NCBI GenBank assembly: GCA_001600815.1
Contig: BCKZ01000002.1
Location: 558,001-622,000, forward strand
Length of the DNA stretch: 64,000 nucleotides
Origin: Alloascoidea hylecoeti
Taxonomy: Eukaryota
Direction of reading: 5' to 3'
Position numbers and translations under genes: made by a program. The notes under the pieces are model-generated. The model worked only from the letters and a program-made list of their open reading frames with translations, had not been told where the DNA came from and searched no databases. Of the stretch, positions 11,066-22,782 are shown one piece after another (the first letter of the stretch is position 1; each line of letters opens with the position of its first letter).

Positions 11066-13991
11066 TTATTTGGTTTTTGCTCTTCCTTTTGGTTTTGCTC
11101 TTGGTTTTGCTTTTGTGCCAGTTGCCCTAGCTTTCGTAGATCCTTTGCCAGTTGCTTTTGCTTTTGTTTTCTTTGCTCTCCCTTTTTTAATTGATTTATC
11201 CTTTGTAATATCCTCTGTATCTTCCTCCTTCTCATCCGGAACATCTTCATCATCCTCAATAGCATCCTCTATATCAGGAACCTCCTTTTTCGCTTTACCG
11301 CCACCAATAGACGTGCCTGGATTGAAGATTACAGTAGGATGAGATCCAGCATTATATTGCCTAGTAAAAGATGATTTAATTTGTGTTGTTAAACATTTAG
11401 TTACAATTTCACTTTTATGGTTTCCAACTCCAAAGTCCATGATAGTATCCCAATCTTCCTTAGTTAAATAATACTCGTCAAGTACCGATATAACCTCCGG
11501 AATTCCGTCAACACCATTTAATTTTAATGGCTTTATTAATTTTTGTGAAAGGAATGGAATATACTGTAAGCGAATTTCATGTTTATCACCAGATATACGT
11601 AGGCGAGAATGATATTCAACTTCCTGTAGTAATCGGCGGTATTTATTAGTCTTTGAGTTTTGTCCAAGCCAACTAGTGAAGTTATAGCGACCGGTTGCCT
11701 GTCCTGCTACAAACGAAGCAGGACGAACAGTCGACATCACAGCGTGGAAAGGCATAAGACTCCATTGCTGTTCAGATCCATGAATTCCACGGTCAACTAG
11801 GTCACCGTAGGAGATTGAATCCGCAGCTTCTGCTAAACGCAGTAAATGATTAAGATTGCTTGTCTTTGAATTTCCTGTTATACCAGATGGTCGTGTAGTT
11901 AAGTAGTTTTCTTGTACCATTAATGGAACAAATTGGAAGTCATTGAAATAAAGTTCAATTTTCTCATTGAGATTAGAATGAGACCAGGTTTGACTACTAA
12001 ACAATCTTGACACAATATCCCACGGTTTTAAGATAACATGCTTTTCCCATGCCTTTAGGTTTTTAGACGTATTACCTAAACTCATATTTTTCTGAGTTAA
12101 AGATATAGTCGAAAGAAAATTTAAGATTTGTCGCATATCACCATGAGTACTTTGAATTAAATTTCCAACAACACTAGGGTCAATTTGAATGTTCTCTTTA
12201 CGGCAAATGGCAGTAACTCTTTGCATAACTTGTGTTTCCGTAGGTCTTCTGAATGATAGATCAAGTGTTGTTCTATCAAACGGTTTCATTTTTGGTAATG
12301 ATCTCTCATTACAAATACAAATAATTGGAACTTTAGTTGTTCGGCAAAAAGCTGCCAACTGTCCAACTCCACCGTGATCTCCACTAGACATACCATCAAC
12401 TTCATCCATGATAATAACAAATTTAGAAGAGTTGACAGAATTAGTTGCCGAGTGACTCTTTTTTGTAAAATATCCAGCCAAAGGGGTATTAGAAAGTACA
12501 GCTTTAATCCGATCATTTAATAGGTTCTTACTCCTGACATCTGAAGCATTTTGCTCCAAGACATCATATCCCATTTGTCTTGCAACAAGGTGAGCAGTGG
12601 TAGTTTTACCTATACCTGGGGGGCCAGATATCAATACGGCACGGAATTCACCAGCTGGAAAGTTCTTTCGGGCCATAGAATCCCAGTCCTGTAGCCAACG
12701 TTGTAGTTTAGCAATCATTCCGCTATTTCCACAAATTTCTTTCAAAGTCTTTGGTGCATATTTTGTAGTCCATAATTGTGCACTAGTATCGTGCTTAAGA
12801 GGCTCGGGTTTAAACGATGAGGGAGAAATAGAAGAAGGAACGGATTGGGTCTCCCTTTTCTTTTTTATCTTTGATATTTCTTCCTCTTTTTCCATTTCCT
12901 TTACCATTTGATTTATTTCCTCATCTTGTTTTTTTTGTTTCTCCATAAATTTATGTGCTTCTACTCCAGAACCTCCGTTTACTGGCATTTCTTTCAACAA
13001 TTGAATAAACCCATCTTCATTAATTGCTTTTATATTAAACTTTTTAATTGTCTCTATTTTTTTCCAGCCAGCTTCTTCGCCTAAAACAACTAATGTTGTT
13101 TTTCCGGAAACAGATTTAGTTACCTTTGCTCCATAATTCTTAGCAACCTGTTCACAATCTGGGCGAGAAAGATTTGGTAATGTTCCAGTGAAAACAATGG
13201 TAAGACCAGCTAAACAGTTTGGGGCACATTGAGGTAATTCAATTGATGATCCTGAAGCAGCATCTGAATCATGTCGAGACTTCATTGCTGCAAAATTGAA
13301 TGCCTGTTTTTCAACATCAGACGGTAATTCAGCATCTGGAATCTTAGCTAAAACTTGTTCCGCAGTAGTTGAAGATGTAGATGTATTAGCATTAGATGAC
13401 TTTTTAGCGGTCAACCTAGAAACAGATTTAGTTGAATTAGCAGATTTAGATTTAGTTGCTGGTGGGTATGTATCTGCCTTTCTTTTGGAAGGCCTTGACA
13501 CCTTTTCTACTCGATCAATCATTTCTAAATCGCTATCATCGAGGTCTTCAAATAGATCATCATCTTCACCATTATTGTGATTAACCTTCTTATCATGTGT
13601 ATTGTATTTTGATTGTTTTGAGGATTGTTTAGTGCTTTTAGTTAATTGAGTACTATCAGTACTTTTTTTGGACCTTGAATTGAAATATTCAGAAGCATCT
13701 AATGGTTTTAATTCCTCGATTTTCCTTTTCTTTACAGGTTGTGATTTTCTAAGATAAAAATTAGTATACATTAATCTGGTATAATTGAGAAAATAATAGC
13801 CTTACTTATTCAGTACTTGAATATCGTCGTCACTATCAGACTCAATGACGCGTCCTTTATGTTTCTGGCAATGATAAGTATTTGTTAGAGCGCGTTCATA
13901 AAGGTCAGTTGAACTTAGAACATACCAAACCCGCACGAGCCTTTGGATTTGGAGGGTTTTTAGACTTCTTGAAAAAATCTGCGATATCCAT
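11066..13991 (-). CDS. RFC1: Replication factor C large subunit; exons 13991-13926, 13864-13806, 13748-11066
   Basis: BRCT domain (LAGLTIVFTG...VTKSVSGKT), Walker A GPPGIGKT, Walker B IIMDEVDG. Two short introns (13925-13865, 13805-13749) restore MDIADFFKK in frame. Confidence 0.95.
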
Positions 13992-14074
13992 TATTTTCTT
14001 TTTGATATAAAGATAAATCGCAATTCCGAACTCACCCTAAATAACTTATATATTCAGATTTGTGCCATCTTGGG

Positions 14075-14111
14075 CGGGTAACATAAAGAGGTTTAGAGAG
14101 GAGTCACGTGA
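14075..14111. promoter_or_regulatory. Reb1-like (CGGGTAA 14075-14081) and Cbf1 (GTCACGTGA 14103-14111) motifs upstream of RFC1
   Basis: Direct motif matches in the 250-bp RFC1/TBF1 intergenic region. Confidence 0.45.
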
Positions 14112-14240
14112 TAAGTTAGTTTAGTTAATGTTCAAGAAAACAAATATATATACCTATGTTACAGTTACTTATAATAATCAAGTTAAATATTAAACTTTTT
14201 GTATTACTAAATCTAGGTACCTATAAGGTTCTTATTATAT

Positions 14241-16634
14241 TTATTGACTATGCTCCATTAAAGCCCGAATATCAGAATCAGCAATAATCGGATCTACTAC
14301 TATGTTATCCGTCCCATGAGAAGAATTAGCCATTAAATGAGAAAATTCTTGATCATTATTGATGTCACCACCATTCCTTCTATCTGAAGATAGTTCATTT
14401 TGATCTGTGTCCACATTAGTATCAGTATTTGAGCAATCAACAACAGTATTATTAGTAGCTAAACTATTATTACTTGAAAGCGCTATTACAGAATTAGACA
14501 ATTGATTTGTGTTTTGAGGAGCTGGTGGATTTGCTTGCATGGGTGACATTGATCTTTTCCTCCGTGTTCTTTTCTCCCGTTGAATATCACCAGTTACCTT
14601 ACTTAAATACTCAGGAACTTCTCCGCCATTCTTGATAAAGAACATTTTCCAGTTCCTAGCTTTATCTTTCAGCTGAATCTGATTACGATCCTTTAACTGT
14701 TCACCAAATTTCCCTCCAGCACCATATAACTCTAGAATTTGAGCCCAAAATGGACCTCCAACTGCCTCTAGCCCTTTTCTTAGTGCCATTTCCTCTTCTT
14801 TATTCCATGGCCGCCTTGGTGTTATACTCTTAGATTTACCATCACCTGTGTTTTTGGTCAATTTAAGACCTTGCCATTCTTCTTCGCCTAATTCTCCTTT
14901 GGTGAGTAGATCGGCAGTATTGCTGCCTGTAGCAATATTTGTTACTGAACGCGTTTGGCTCCGTTGCCTCTTTCTAGAAGGATCACTACTCCCATTTCTC
15001 GTCCCATTATTATGCCCAGTATTATTGGAATTGGTTGATCCATTGTTATTATTCGTGTTTAATGAAGCAGTGATCATATTATGGTTGAATGTAGAAGAAT
15101 ACTGTAGGCTCGTAGAGCTTGACGAAGGACCATGACTACCAAAAATCATAGTATCAAGATTTTTTGATACAAAATCAATCAATTCCTTCAGAAATTTGAA
15201 CCAATCATATCTGGTACTTAACTCTTCATCGGTCTCACCACTAACCTCCAATATTTCTCTTCGACTTAGGCATTTTCCAACAAATTGTTCCTCTGTGGTT
15301 GTAAGCAATTCGCCATGTCTTATATTCAAAATATTCTTTTTCAGATCCTTTGGGAACAAATCATTCAACAAGTTTTCCTTTGTTTGACCATCTTCCTTTT
15401 GACTCTCCTCCTGCATTGCTGCAATATATGCCTGTGTCTTTAAATCAAGATATAATGATCCATGTCCTTTTAACATTTTGCCATGTAACGGTGGTTTTGT
15501 GCCCTTTGGAAACTGATCAGACGATGCAGATTTCCCTGAAAATAATGACCAATATGGAATAAAGACATCTAAGAAGTGTTTGTCTAGTTCAACGAAACCG
15601 TTTTGTTCCACTGAAAATATATTGGCCATAAAAGTTGCGATATTAGTTTTACGAATAACGGCATCAATTTCTTGTCCCTTTAACTTCAAGATTGTGTCTA
15701 TCGTGCGTTTATAATTAAAAACCATATTATTTATATCAACATCTTTACTGCTTAATGAAATTATTGATTCAATTGGAGGAATAATATCATCGATAGTTAG
15801 AAACGGTTTATCTGAATATAAAGATCTGGTCGTGAAGAAGGTCCTGATAAAATGATATTGTTTGTCTTCCTCATTAGTTTTAAATTCACTAATCGCTTGA
15901 AAAATCTTCTCCATACTTCCAAGGCAAAGAAATTTTATTATTTGAGAGGCCAGACTGTCTAATAATAATAAAGAGTAGATATTTGTTTGAATTGGCAGAG
16001 GTAATGAATCAATCGCCGATTCTTTTATCGCGAGTGAGTAAATAGGTATATTCATTTCAACTGTTGAATTTATGGGATATGAAGTTATGGAAATGGGTTT
16101 TGAATGGCATGTCCCCAGTAAATCGGTTTGACTATTATTCATAATAGAAGAGTTCATATCCGGTAGTTTGTCATTATTCGCAGCTTGACGTGCTTCTAGG
16201 CGACTAAAAAGATTAATTTTTGGTAGTCTGGACATTATTGAACCTTTTGTGGCCTCTATTTGTTGAGCCATAAATTTAAATTGTTCTGGATTATTGAATG
16301 TCAATAAAGAAGTATTGGACGAGTCTAACTCACTTGCTTGGTTTACCATATCACTAGTCAAATCAATATTTGAATGGACATCCACGTTTTCATTTATATT
16401 CTCCTCTGGTCTGAAACTATTTTCTTGACTCGGTATTTCAGTGACAGTTGTGAGAACCTTAACTGACTTCAGGCTATTATTATTACTGCTGGTTTCTTCA
16501 TTCCTATTTATTGTTGGCGTAGCATCAGTTGTTTCACACTCTGTCCCGTTATCACTCCTTGACTTTTTGGTAGGCGGCTCCTCGCTACCATGAGTCTCAT
16601 TTGAAATATTGTCCTGTGTAGGTTGCTGTTCCAT
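14241..16634 (-). CDS. TBF1: Telobox Myb-domain TTAGGG-binding factor Tbf1
   Basis: RRPWNKEEEMALRKGL...WAQILELYGAGG...QLKDKARNWK telobox; TRFH-like LYLDLKTQAYI. Confidence 0.92.
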   Translation of the reverse strand: MEQQPTQDNISNETHGSEEPPTKKSRSDNGTECETTDATPTINRNEETSSNNNSLKSVKVLTTVTEIPSQENSFRPEENINENVDVHSNIDLTSDMVNQASELDSSNTSLLTFNNPEQFKFMAQQIEATKGSIMSRLPKINLFSRLEARQAANNDKLPDMNSSIMNNSQTDLLGTCHSKPISITSYPINSTVEMNIPIYSLAIKESAIDSLPLPIQTNIYSLLLLDSLASQIIKFLCLGSMEKIFQAISEFKTNEEDKQYHFIRTFFTTRSLYSDKPFLTIDDIIPPIESIISLSSKDVDINNMVFNYKRTIDTILKLKGQEIDAVIRKTNIATFMANIFSVEQNGFVELDKHFLDVFIPYWSLFSGKSASSDQFPKGTKPPLHGKMLKGHGSLYLDLKTQAYIAAMQEESQKEDGQTKENLLNDLFPKDLKKNILNIRHGELLTTTEEQFVGKCLSRREILEVSGETDEELSTRYDWFKFLKELIDFVSKNLDTMIFGSHGPSSSSTSLQYSSTFNHNMITASLNTNNNNGSTNSNNTGHNNGTRNGSSDPSRKRQRSQTRSVTNIATGSNTADLLTKGELGEEEWQGLKLTKNTGDGKSKSITPRRPWNKEEEMALRKGLEAVGGPFWAQILELYGAGGKFGEQLKDRNQIQLKDKARNWKMFFIKNGGEVPEYLSKVTGDIQREKRTRRKRSMSPMQANPPAPQNTNQLSNSVIALSSNNSLATNNTVVDCSNTDTNVDTDQNELSSDRRNGGDINNDQEFSHLMANSSHGTDNIVVDPIIADSDIRALMEHSQ

Positions 16635-16933
16635 TTTCTCAGTTATAAGCGTTTGCTTTTAGAATTATATACAGATCGGTATATTTTTTTCACTGTCAGA
16701 GTGTTTAATAACTTTTTTTCAGATGAGGTGAAAGGATGTTAAATTATAGGCTTAAAATTAGTATGCATATGGGTGGTAATTGTATCTTATAAAGAGTACG
16801 CACTAATTCTATTCTAATAAAAACGTATTATATGTATTATAGCCTTAAATACACCGAAGAATATTCAAGTAAAATTTTACCAAGTAATCAGGTGAATTTT
16901 GAAACCTGAACATTTCCTCCTGCTGTGTATGTG

Positions 16934-16942
16934 TAACCCTAA
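16934..16942. promoter_or_regulatory. Tbf1 consensus site TAACCCTAA in the TBF1 upstream region
   Basis: Exact match about 300 bp upstream of the TBF1 ATG. Confidence 0.45.
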
Positions 16943-18322
16943 AATTCAAGTTCGTTTAAATTTAAAAAAGCAACCAAATGAAAATCAATTATATCATTAC
17001 AATTAAAACTACTGAAATTGTTGCCTTTTATTATATATTACTGGAAGAGATTTAATTCTCTCAAATAGTTATATTAATTAGAAGTTATGGTACATAGTCC
17101 ATCTACTAAAGAGTTTATACATGTAGCAAGAATCGACCATATACATTACACCAAAAATCTCAATTATAACGACCATTTGTCGACTGCTTTCGATCCCTAC
17201 AATTAATATATCAAAAGTATCGGTGTTTATTATAATTAATTATAATATAGTTGAGCTCGTAATAAGCTTTCTGACTTGCAATATTTACTGAGTCCGATCG
17301 TCAATATTAGACAAGTACTTATACTATATATATATATATATAAAGCTATGTTTGCGTATGTAACATTTTAGATTCAGAGAACCATGTCATAAAGGTGCGA
17401 TCCAATCGATATCGTACACGGTAATTAAAATTTTGAACACGTTTTCATATATCAACTGTTAATCGTTCAATTTTAAAAGATTGTAATTTAACATAAAACT
17501 AGTGAATCTATAGCTACCGCGGTCGGTTTAGTAAAGATTGTACGCATATTTACTAGGTGTATTTATATCGATATAATATAGGTATACATGTATGTATTCC
17601 ATACATCAACTACTTGTACAACAATGTAAATGTACAGTCTTATAATACCCAAGTAAATGAGTGGAACATGTAATAATCTATAAAGTTAAATAGAAAGCCA
17701 AACTTACTTAAACACATCATTAATGTAATATTGAATTCGAACAACTATAGGTACTGGTATAATAGCGCTATTGTAAGGTGAGGTAATACCTGAGTTTAGA
17801 TTTACTAATAATTATTGTTGATAAATTTATACATATATATATTACATCATTATATATTACTACGTAGGCTTGATTAACAGGATATAAGTTACGGATTTGA
17901 AAGTTTATGTACACAACTTCAAACTGACATGGTCAGCTAGCTATAGGTATACGAAGAGAACTCGTAAATATTGTTTCATATAAGTTTACAAAACAATCTA
18001 ATATGTAGTAAGGGTATAATCCCAATCCTCCTTCTAAAGACCTCCTACTGTCCATATTTTTTGCTTGTCATTTTCTGGAGCACTGCTCAATAACGTTTAT
18101 AATTATTGTTTTTGTGTTTACAAAATTTACTCTCAATTTTATATGCAGATGAACTTTAAATAATATATGAGTATATTATGGAATGACTATGTATATAGTG
18201 TCACATTTCCCTTTTGGGAACATGAATGCATATAGCATAATCATTTGTTTTGATACTCTTTTTCTTCTATATTTTCCTTAGAATACTTTTAATATTTACC
18301 AAATAATTTTCATTTAACAACA

Positions 18323-19115
18323 ATGGTCAAATCAGCAAAATCCTCCACTAAAGCTACATCCCTTGCAGTCACTTCCCATCCTCCTTACAAAGGTATGTCG
18401 AATATACTTTGACTCGGTTGTTGTCTTTCAATCGTGTCTGTTCTGTTAGATCTTAAAAAATTTGGAACAGAAATTTCAATCGATATTCTGGAAGATAGCT
18501 CAAACAATATCTAACACGTGCTTTCATTTTTTCTTTAGTTTTAATCACTGAGGCAATCATTGCCTTGAAGGATAGAAAAGGATCAAGGTATGCTATAATG
18601 AATGACGGACGCGTCACCGAAAAAGTGTTTAACATTTTTTTATTTGTAGTCGTCAAGCTTTAAAGAAATACATCCAATCTAATTGGGATGTTAAAGCTTC
18701 CAATTTTGACTCCCAAGTTAATTTGGCTTTGCGCCGTGGTGTCGCTGGTGGTGAGTTTTCCCAACCCAAGGGCCCTGCCGGTACCGTGAAGTTGGTTAAG
18801 AAAGAGAAGCCTATTTCTGCTTCTAAGACAGAGAAATCACCACCCAAACCAACCAGTACTGCTAAACCTTCGACTTCAAAAGCAAAAAAAGTAACAACCA
18901 AGCCTGCTACCGCTAAGATCAAGCAAGTCGCTCCCAAGAAAACTGCAGCCAAGAAAACCGCTCCAAAGAAAGCAGCCCCAAAGAAGCCTGCTCCAAAGAA
19001 AGCAACCCCAAAGAAGCCTGCTCCAAAAAAAGCCGCTCCCAAGAAAGCTGTTTCTAGCAAGACTTCAGGAAAGGTTACTAAGGCCAAACCAACCAAGAAG
19101 ACTGTCAAGAAATAA
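18323..19115 (+). CDS. HHO1: Linker histone H1; exons 18323-18392, 18539-18587, 18650-19115
   Basis: Two introns restore the H15 globular domain (HPPYKVLITEAIIALKDRKGSSRQALKKYI...QPKGPAGTVKL), followed by a K/A/P-rich tail. Confidence 0.93.
18930..19049 (+). repeat. Coding 15-nt tandem repeat (about 8 x APKKx) in the H1 tail
   Basis: GCTCCAAAGAAAGCA-like units repeated in frame. Confidence 0.8.
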
Positions 19116-19544
19116 ACGTCTTCCTGTGACAGAAAGTATTTTCTAGTGTGTACACTATTGACTTCTTGTTAAGTTTTTCTTTAAATTTATTACTGATTTG
19201 ATTCTAATGTGTAATTTTAACTTATATAATAATAATAAATTAGATACCATAAGCTTGCAATACTAATTGCGTTATAATAAGAAAAAAAGAAATATAGAGG
19301 TAGAGAGATCTACTAGTATATTCCCAAGTAGTGTCATCAGTGATACCAACAGCATTCCTCAATGTCCCCAGTCTGTTAACCCTGTAGTCACTCTGAACAG
19401 ATGTTGAAACTATGAATATCCCAGAGTTGTGTTACCCTGCGCATAAACAGGCATTACAATTGTAGATGGATTGGCCAACCACCGAGCACTCAGATTGATT
19501 ATCACCATTTTTGTGCTTTAACTGGGTTTTGATAAAATAGCCTA

Positions 19545-22358
19545 ATGTCCCAGGAACAAGAGATTCATACCTCCCCCGAATCACAGTCGCAGATCGGCAG
19601 TGTCACAACTGGAAAGTCGACAAATTCTACAACATCAACAAGAAACTCGAAATCCAATAGGAAGAGTCTGCTGATCAAAGAGCTTCCGGCCACAACCCAA
19701 TTGGACCAAATTCGGAAGGCACTTAATGGGTTTGGGGGAGAGATTGAAAGCGTCGAGATTTGTAAGTGCAAGGGTGATTCTCCGGTTTCGGAGACGGATG
19801 GGGTATCGTTAACAGCTATTGTCTCTGTTTCTGACGACTTTGATGCCAATTCAGCTGCAAAGCATTTGACCTCCAAAGAAGGGTGGAAGGCCCAGTTTGT
19901 ATTAATTCCGACTCGTCCATCTTCTCACTACTCAAACAGTAATGAGCAAGGATCGAGCCTGAGCTCCAATGCAAGGGGAAACGTCTATGTCCGTAATCTC
20001 CCCAGAAATTTCACAGAATCAGATTTACTACTGCTATTCGGAAAATATGGTGAACTTGATCTGGAATCCTGTAAGGTTGTTTATGACTCAGTTGGTATCT
20101 CTGAAGGTTATGGATTTGTTAATTTTCTTTCGGTAGAAGAAGCCCAAGCTGCTATAGATTCTTTACATGGGGCAGAACTAGAAGATCCGGATAACCACTC
20201 TAAGACAAGGTTATTCATTAACCACCATGTGTCAAAAAAAGATAGGGTATTTTCTAACTATGGACCAAATGTTAACTATAATGGTAGTGGAAATGGAAAT
20301 AGTTACAAACATGGACAGGGAAAGTACGGGTATTATGGGTCCGTTGCAAAAGGTGGATACAATTATTATCCCCATTCACATTCAAGAGCCCCATCAGATC
20401 CCAACTTTGTTGAAAACCGTGATGACAGCTTTACGAATCTTTATATTAAAAACGTAGGTCCGAATACTACCGAAGAGGAATTGCTTTCGTTGTTCAGTAC
20501 TTACGGTGAGACAAGTTCTTCCTATTTTATGACGGATGTAAACGGAAAATCAAAAGGTGTCGCATTCGTCAACTTTAAAAATCATTCTGATGCAGCTAAA
20601 GCAGTTGCAGAATTAGATGGCTACGATTTTAATGGAAATATTTTAACAGTAACGAAAAGTCAACGAAAATATGAAAAACATAATCAGCATCAAAAATTTA
20701 ATAAGAGAGGTCCAAATTTTATTCCTCAACCTCTGTATCCACCACAACCTCTATACCCACCTCAGGGAATAAAAAGGCAGTTCAATTTAAATGATCAACA
20801 GAATAAGTTTCAAAATGTTAATTTATATATTAAGAATTTGCCCTTAAATTTCACTGATGACGATTTACTAGAATTGTTTTCTTCTATCGGACCAGTAGCT
20901 TCAACAAAAGTAATGACTGATTCCAATGCACAATCCAAAGGGTTTGGATTTGTTTGTTTTGAACAACAGGTAGATGCAATTAAAGCAGTCAATGAAATGA
21001 GGGACTATGAGGTTGAAGAAGGTAAAAAATTACATGTTTCGTTTGCCCAACGTAAAGATGATTTCACCAATTTTTATCCTCCTCAATTTTATCCAATGGG
21101 TTCTGGACTAGTTCCTATGCCTATAAATAATACGAGAATGGCCCCTTTCAACTATCCTATGCCATTAACTATGACAGTTCATCCTCCAGTGAGCACAGAA
21201 CCTCAACAGATAAAATCTATAAATACACCGATAGTAAAGAATAAGGACACTAAACAAATACAACAATCTCCTAAACAGAGTTATTCCGCAGATGCATCTC
21301 CATCACAACAATCTACTTCATCCCCTGTTATTTCATTATCACAAAATCAACCAAATATACCCATTCCAGGATCCGTAATTGCCAATAGTCCTATACCACA
21401 ATATAGCATTCCCTCACCATTCAACTCAAACGCACGAACAATTCCACAAGGACAAGGACCGGCATATACAGGACAATTGCCAGTCCCGTATCTAATTTCT
21501 TCCTCCGCACCGTTTTACCAACCTGTTTATCCACCTATACCAAATGCCATAAATAGCAGTGTGAGTTCTCCTGTTGTATATGAAAACAACAATAGACGTG
21601 GTAATAAATGGAATAATAGATATGATAATTATTCTAATTATCAACAAGGATATAGATTTGGTTATGGCTATCCAAATTATGGATATACGGTGAATTATGG
21701 AAATGGATATGTTTACCCACAGCAGCAAATGGGTAGACAGTCAAGACGCTCTAATAACGGACCCGGCAGTAATTCTAAACGTTATACGGACTCCAATACA
21801 TATATTGGATTTAATCAAAATCAACATCAAGGTGCAACAAACGAAAGTAATACAAATGCTGGAACAATATTGAACTCTGGTACTAATGGTCATAAGTACT
21901 ATGACTCTCATATTTCAAATTTATTGGCGTTGGTTGCTTCATCTTCAGACGATGCAGCCAAAAGAGAGATTATTATCAATCATTTAACACCACGTATTGT
22001 AAATCATGCAAAGTTTGCTAAAGTTAAGAAAGAACTTGCCAAAATTACAGATCCTGGATCTGACAATAATGATGATAAAGATGCGTTATCAGAAGATGCT
22101 GTTATTGAACAGATAATCAGCATTCTTTTAAGACCCTTAGATAACGAAGACGGTGAAACAAAAGACATTTCTCAGCCTAAAAATAAAGACGATGATGAAG
22201 AAGATGATAAAGAAATGTTACTTATTTCAACATGGTCCAATGATGAGAACATTCTGGTGGATCAAATAGGTAAAGGAATAAATGAGATTTTGCATATTTT
22301 CAAAGAAGCAAATGCCGAAGTATACGGAGAGTCTAGAGAGGATTCAAAAGAGAAATAA
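19545..22358 (+). CDS. Multi-RRM Pab1-related RNA-binding protein, probably Pes4/Mip6-like
   Basis: Three clear RRMs (NVYVRNLP/GYGFVNF; NLYIKNV/KGVAFVNF; NLYIKNLP/KGFGFVCF) and a long P/Q/N/Y low-complexity region. No clear PABC domain. Confidence 0.7.
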   Translation: MSQEQEIHTSPESQSQIGSVTTGKSTNSTTSTRNSKSNRKSLLIKELPATTQLDQIRKALNGFGGEIESVEICKCKGDSPVSETDGVSLTAIVSVSDDFDANSAAKHLTSKEGWKAQFVLIPTRPSSHYSNSNEQGSSLSSNARGNVYVRNLPRNFTESDLLLLFGKYGELDLESCKVVYDSVGISEGYGFVNFLSVEEAQAAIDSLHGAELEDPDNHSKTRLFINHHVSKKDRVFSNYGPNVNYNGSGNGNSYKHGQGKYGYYGSVAKGGYNYYPHSHSRAPSDPNFVENRDDSFTNLYIKNVGPNTTEEELLSLFSTYGETSSSYFMTDVNGKSKGVAFVNFKNHSDAAKAVAELDGYDFNGNILTVTKSQRKYEKHNQHQKFNKRGPNFIPQPLYPPQPLYPPQGIKRQFNLNDQQNKFQNVNLYIKNLPLNFTDDDLLELFSSIGPVASTKVMTDSNAQSKGFGFVCFEQQVDAIKAVNEMRDYEVEEGKKLHVSFAQRKDDFTNFYPPQFYPMGSGLVPMPINNTRMAPFNYPMPLTMTVHPPVSTEPQQIKSINTPIVKNKDTKQIQQSPKQSYSADASPSQQSTSSPVISLSQNQPNIPIPGSVIANSPIPQYSIPSPFNSNARTIPQGQGPAYTGQLPVPYLISSSAPFYQPVYPPIPNAINSSVSSPVVYENNNRRGNKWNNRYDNYSNYQQGYRFGYGYPNYGYTVNYGNGYVYPQQQMGRQSRRSNNGPGSNSKRYTDSNTYIGFNQNQHQGATNESNTNAGTILNSGTNGHKYYDSHISNLLALVASSSDDAAKREIIINHLTPRIVNHAKFAKVKKELAKITDPGSDNNDDKDALSEDAVIEQIISILLRPLDNEDGETKDISQPKNKDDDEEDDKEMLLISTWSNDENILVDQIGKGINEILHIFKEANAEVYGESREDSKEK

Positions 22359-22782
22359 TTTACAGTATCTTTGGATATGTAAAAGCTACGACTTAAAAAA
22401 ATATAAACCCAATAAAAAAATAGCTAGGCTTTTGATATGATTCACGGGGACGGGAGCACAGTATTCAAAGCTGTTTTGTAATGTTTTGTATGTGATCTAT
22501 GCATGGTGTAAAATTTTGAATCTACTTTTGATTTCTTACAATTTGAAAAAAGCTACGTTCCTTCTTTTAGATTTCGATCTTAAAACAACAATTGATGAAA
22601 GCCTATTATGCAGTTTTTTTTTTTTGCTTTTTTTCTTTATGTAACATCTGTGGTGTGCTTGTAAATGTATTTGAATGTTTTTTAGTGTCTAAATAAATGC
22701 ATAACATAAAATTGGATTGCCATAGATTTTATACCTCGCTCGTAGAACTTGGTGAATGATAGTATACAAAAATAGTAATGAT

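Noticed and set aside
18653..19108. Antisense and alternate-frame ORFs in the track (e.g. 18653-19108, 26540-27079, 44058-44399, 47898-48308)
   Set aside because: Shadows of real genes caused by codon bias and repeats.
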